A stretch of DNA of 48,464 nt, taken from NCBI GenBank assembly GCA_964623505.1, contig CAZUSP010000002.1, positions 1 to 48,464 on the forward strand, written 5' to 3'. Both the position numbers and the translations under genes were made by a program. The notes under the pieces were generated by a model. That model had not been told where the DNA came from, did not search any database, and saw only the letters and a program-made list of their open reading frames with translations. This stretch comes from an uncultured Candidatus Saccharibacteria bacterium. GTDB taxonomy: Bacteria; Patescibacteriota; Minisyncoccia; Minisyncoccales; UBA1441. This document shows positions 45,972 through 48,464 of the stretch, in pieces (the stretch's first letter is position 1; each line of letters opens with the position of its first letter).

Positions 45972-46265
45972 GCTTCGAGCACGCTCTATGTCGCCATAGA
46001 GTTCAGACTATATCTTCTCTGCCTAAGCAGAGTCCGGCGTGTAGTCGTTGAGGGGTCATGTCTGTTATAAAACAGACAGCGGACTTCCCTGCTGATTGTC
46101 TGCACTGACAGATTTTCACTGGCGGATATTCATTATATCCACCGAGTACTGTCAGATACTCAGAGTTCCCAGCATACAGCCGGAATGCCCCATTTCTTGA
46201 TTATAACTTGGCTTCATCTGCTGTCTAGCAACCAAACAGCATATTACTGATACAATCAAAATTTA
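45729..46265 (-). mobile_element. group I intron 4 at about E. coli 2262 (just 3' of the P-loop helix)
   Basis: Exons join to GGGGCGCUCGCCU|CCUAAAUAGUAACGGAGGCG, restoring the CGCCUCC/GGAGGCG helix. U(-1) and terminal G are present. The core includes CAGCAGGGAAG, GACUACACGCCGG and GAAGAUAUAGUCUGAAC. 537 nt. Confidence 0.8.
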
Positions 46266-48464
46266 AGGCGAGCGCCCCACTCAAACTAACCCCCAGACAC
46301 GGTCCCGGCCGTTTTTGAGGCGGCTCGGTTAGAACTAGGACCACAACAGGATGGTGTTTCATTGACGACTCCACCCAACCCGAAAGTCAGGCTTCAAAGT
46401 CTCCCATCTACGCTACGCAGCTGCAACCCTAGGCCAATATCTGGTTATAGTAAAGCTCCCGGGGTCTTTCCGTCTAGCCGCAGGTAACCGGCATCTTCAC
46501 CGGTACTGCATTTTCACCGGGCATCTCGTTGAGACAGTTCTCCGGTCGTTACGCCTTTCATGCGGGCCTGAACTTACCAGGCAAGGGATTACGCTACTTT
46601 AACACGGTTAGAGTTACCGCGGACGTTTACCGGGGCTTCGCTCAGTCAGCCTCTCTCCGAAGAAAGAGACCGCCAAGGTTAACCTTACGGCACTGGTCAG
46701 GCGTCAGCCCCTATACATCCTCTTACGAGTTAGCAGGGACCTGTGTTTTTGATAAACAGTCGCCAGAGAGTCATTTGCTGTGCCCCAAGCAAGCTTGGGG
46801 AGTCCTTATTGCAAACTTACGGACACTGATTTGCCGAGTTCCTTAACGAGATTTTACCCGTTCACCTTAGCACTTTTATGCCTACCCACCTGTGTCGGTT
46901 TTCGGTACGGAGCCCGTTGAAAACGAAACTAAAACTTTTCCGGGAAGAGTGCTCACTAGAATTTTCTTTCCCAAGGGAAAGAATTTCGGTTGATCTTGGG
47001 TTGCCCCTTAATCCGCCGACCCAAATCCAATAATGGGATCCGACTACTACTCTTCGTCATTTTAGATCTATTCAACCGGCGGGCTGGAATATTAACCAGC
47101 TGTCCATCAGCTACCCCTTTCGGGTTGACCTTAGGACCGCCTAACCCTTGGATGATTGTCATTGCCAAGGAAACCTTAGGTTTTCGGTGCTCAGGGCTCT
47201 CACCTGAGTTGCGGTTACTCGTGCCAACATTCTCACTTCTCCCGGCTCCACCACCGCTCTCGCGACGACTTCAATGCCAGAAGAACGCTTCTCTACCGAC
47301 CAACTCAAAAGAGTTGGCCCCATGTCTTCGGTATTAGGCTTAGGCCCGTAAATTTTCGGCGCGGAACTTCTTAGCTGGTAAGCTATTACGCACTTTTTAA
47401 AGGATTGCTGCTTCTAAGCAAACCTTCCAGGTATCTTCGAAACTCCACTTCCTTACCACACTTAGCCTAATTTAGGGACCTTAGACGATGGTCTGGGTTG
47501 TTTCCCTTTTGCCCATGGACCTTAGCGCCCACAGACTGACTGCCCGACTCGAACGCACCAGGAATTCGGAGTTTGGTTAAACAGGGCGGGACGAACCCAA
47601 CCAAGTCTATCCAGTGCTCTACCTCCCAGGCGAAGCATCGGACGCTAGCCCAAAAACTATTTCGAGAAGAACCAGCTATTCCCAGGCGCGATTGACTTTT
47701 CACCGCTTGCCACAGCTCATCCCAAAGTTTTGCCACACTTACGGGTTCGGACCTCCACGCGTGCTTCCACGCGCTTCATCCTGGCCATGGCAGGATCGCC
47801 TGGCTTCGGGTCTTGCTCATACTGCTAACGGGTATTTAGCCCTCGCTTTCACTACGCTTCTCGGGGAGACCCCGATTAAACTCGCAGTATAAACAAACTC
47901 GTTGGCTCGTTCTGCAAAAAGCACCCCGTCACGGCCCGAAGGCCGCTCCGAGTCATTGTAAGCATAATGGTTTCAGGTCTATTTCAACGCCCTCACCGGG
48001 CTGCTTTTCACCTTTCCCTCACGGTACTAGTTCGCTATCGGTGATATTGAGTATTTAGTCTTTCCCGGTAGTCCGGGATGATTCCCGCTGGGCTTTCCGT
48101 CCCAACGGTACTCAGGAAAGAACCAGGAAGTCGATCCTTTTCGTCTACGGGGCTATCACCCTCTTTGGCCCACTCTTTCCAGGGCGGTTCGACTAAAGAT
48201 CTTTTTCCTTTAATGATTCTCCCTACAACCTTTTCGACTGAGCAAGGCTCTGTCGAAAGTTTAGACAACACCCCTTTTCGCTCGCCGCTACTAAGGGGAT
48301 CTCTGACGATTTTTCTTCCTCCGCTTACTGAGATGTTTCACTTCAGCGGGTTCGCCGTCTCATTAAAGAGACTGTTTCGGGTTTAGCCGAAACGGGTACT
48401 CCCATTCGGAAATCTCCGGATCAAAGGTTGCTACACACCTCCCCGAAGCTTATCGCAGTTACGC

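Larger units (their letters stand above)
43537..48464 (-). rRNA. rrl: 23S rRNA gene, intron-interrupted; 5' ~60 nt lie beyond the window edge
   Basis: The reverse complement carries universal 23S blocks. These include the sarcin-ricin loop, CGUGAGACAG, GAUGUCGGCUC, GGGGAUAACAGG, the P-loop GGGGCG, GACGGAAAGACCCC, and the 5'-domain blocks down to ...CGCAGTTACGC at the window end. About 2.8 kb remain once four insertions are removed. Confidence 0.93.

Noticed and set aside
46529-48386. Several 70-115-aa ORFs on both strands (46529..46846, 46990..47337, 47467..47736, 47614..47892, 48035..48271, 48078..48386).
   Set aside because: They lie entirely within conserved 23S rRNA exon sequence. Their Pro/Arg/Ser/Leu-rich, low-complexity translations are typical of spurious ORFs in GC-richer rRNA.
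1-48464. Possible alternative genetic code (TGA as a sense codon, as in some CPR lineages).
   Set aside because: Well-conserved genes end at TGA at their expected lengths, often in ATGA stop/start overlaps (13132-13135, 20214-20217, and the dac stop at 15916-15918). I saw no conserved protein that needs TGA read-through.

Overview
This 48.5-kb window comes from an AT-rich, very gene-dense bacterial genome that uses the standard code (TGA is a stop). Streamlined aminoacyl-tRNA synthetases, peptidoglycan and divisome genes, short gene overlaps and an intron-rich rRNA gene suggest a Patescibacteria/CPR-type organism; this is inference, not a database result. The window has three zones. (1) 1-6.9 kb: tRNA-Ala(UGC) is followed by a decaying accessory island. 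It holds a serine-recombinase pseudogene, a multiply frameshifted rve/DDE transposase, a Cys-rich secreted surface protein with a duplicated, decayed 3' tail, fused remnants of a PNPOx-like and a UDG-like gene, an intact ASCH gene bracketed by degenerate GC-rich repeats, and about 0.6 kb with no convincing ORF. (2) 6.9-43.3 kb: housekeeping core. It contains pdaD, ispH, a Trx-CcdA/CCG/LUD-FeS operon, tmk, aspS, a dac-mraY-murI-ftsW-murG cluster, gltX, a xer-type recombinase, rpmA and rplI. It continues with ctp, tRNA-Lys, grpE-dnaK-dnaJ, ftsQ, a femAB-family gene, xseAB, rarA, a DegT aminotransferase, a membrane-anchored murF, serS, lysS and mrdA-mreD-mreC. Two short relics, the glmS C-terminus and an internally deleted murD, sit in intergenic gaps here. 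(3) 43.3-48.46 kb: a minus-strand 23S-5S rRNA operon, with the 23S 5' end cut by the window edge. The 23S gene is interrupted by four group I introns at about E. coli positions 2262, 2500, 2593 and 2656, the last inside the sarcin-ricin loop. Each intron carries only a decayed LAGLIDADG homing-endonuclease remnant. I found no CRISPR array and no recognisable defence system. The intron-laden 23S gene and the gene-decay footprints are the most notable signals.
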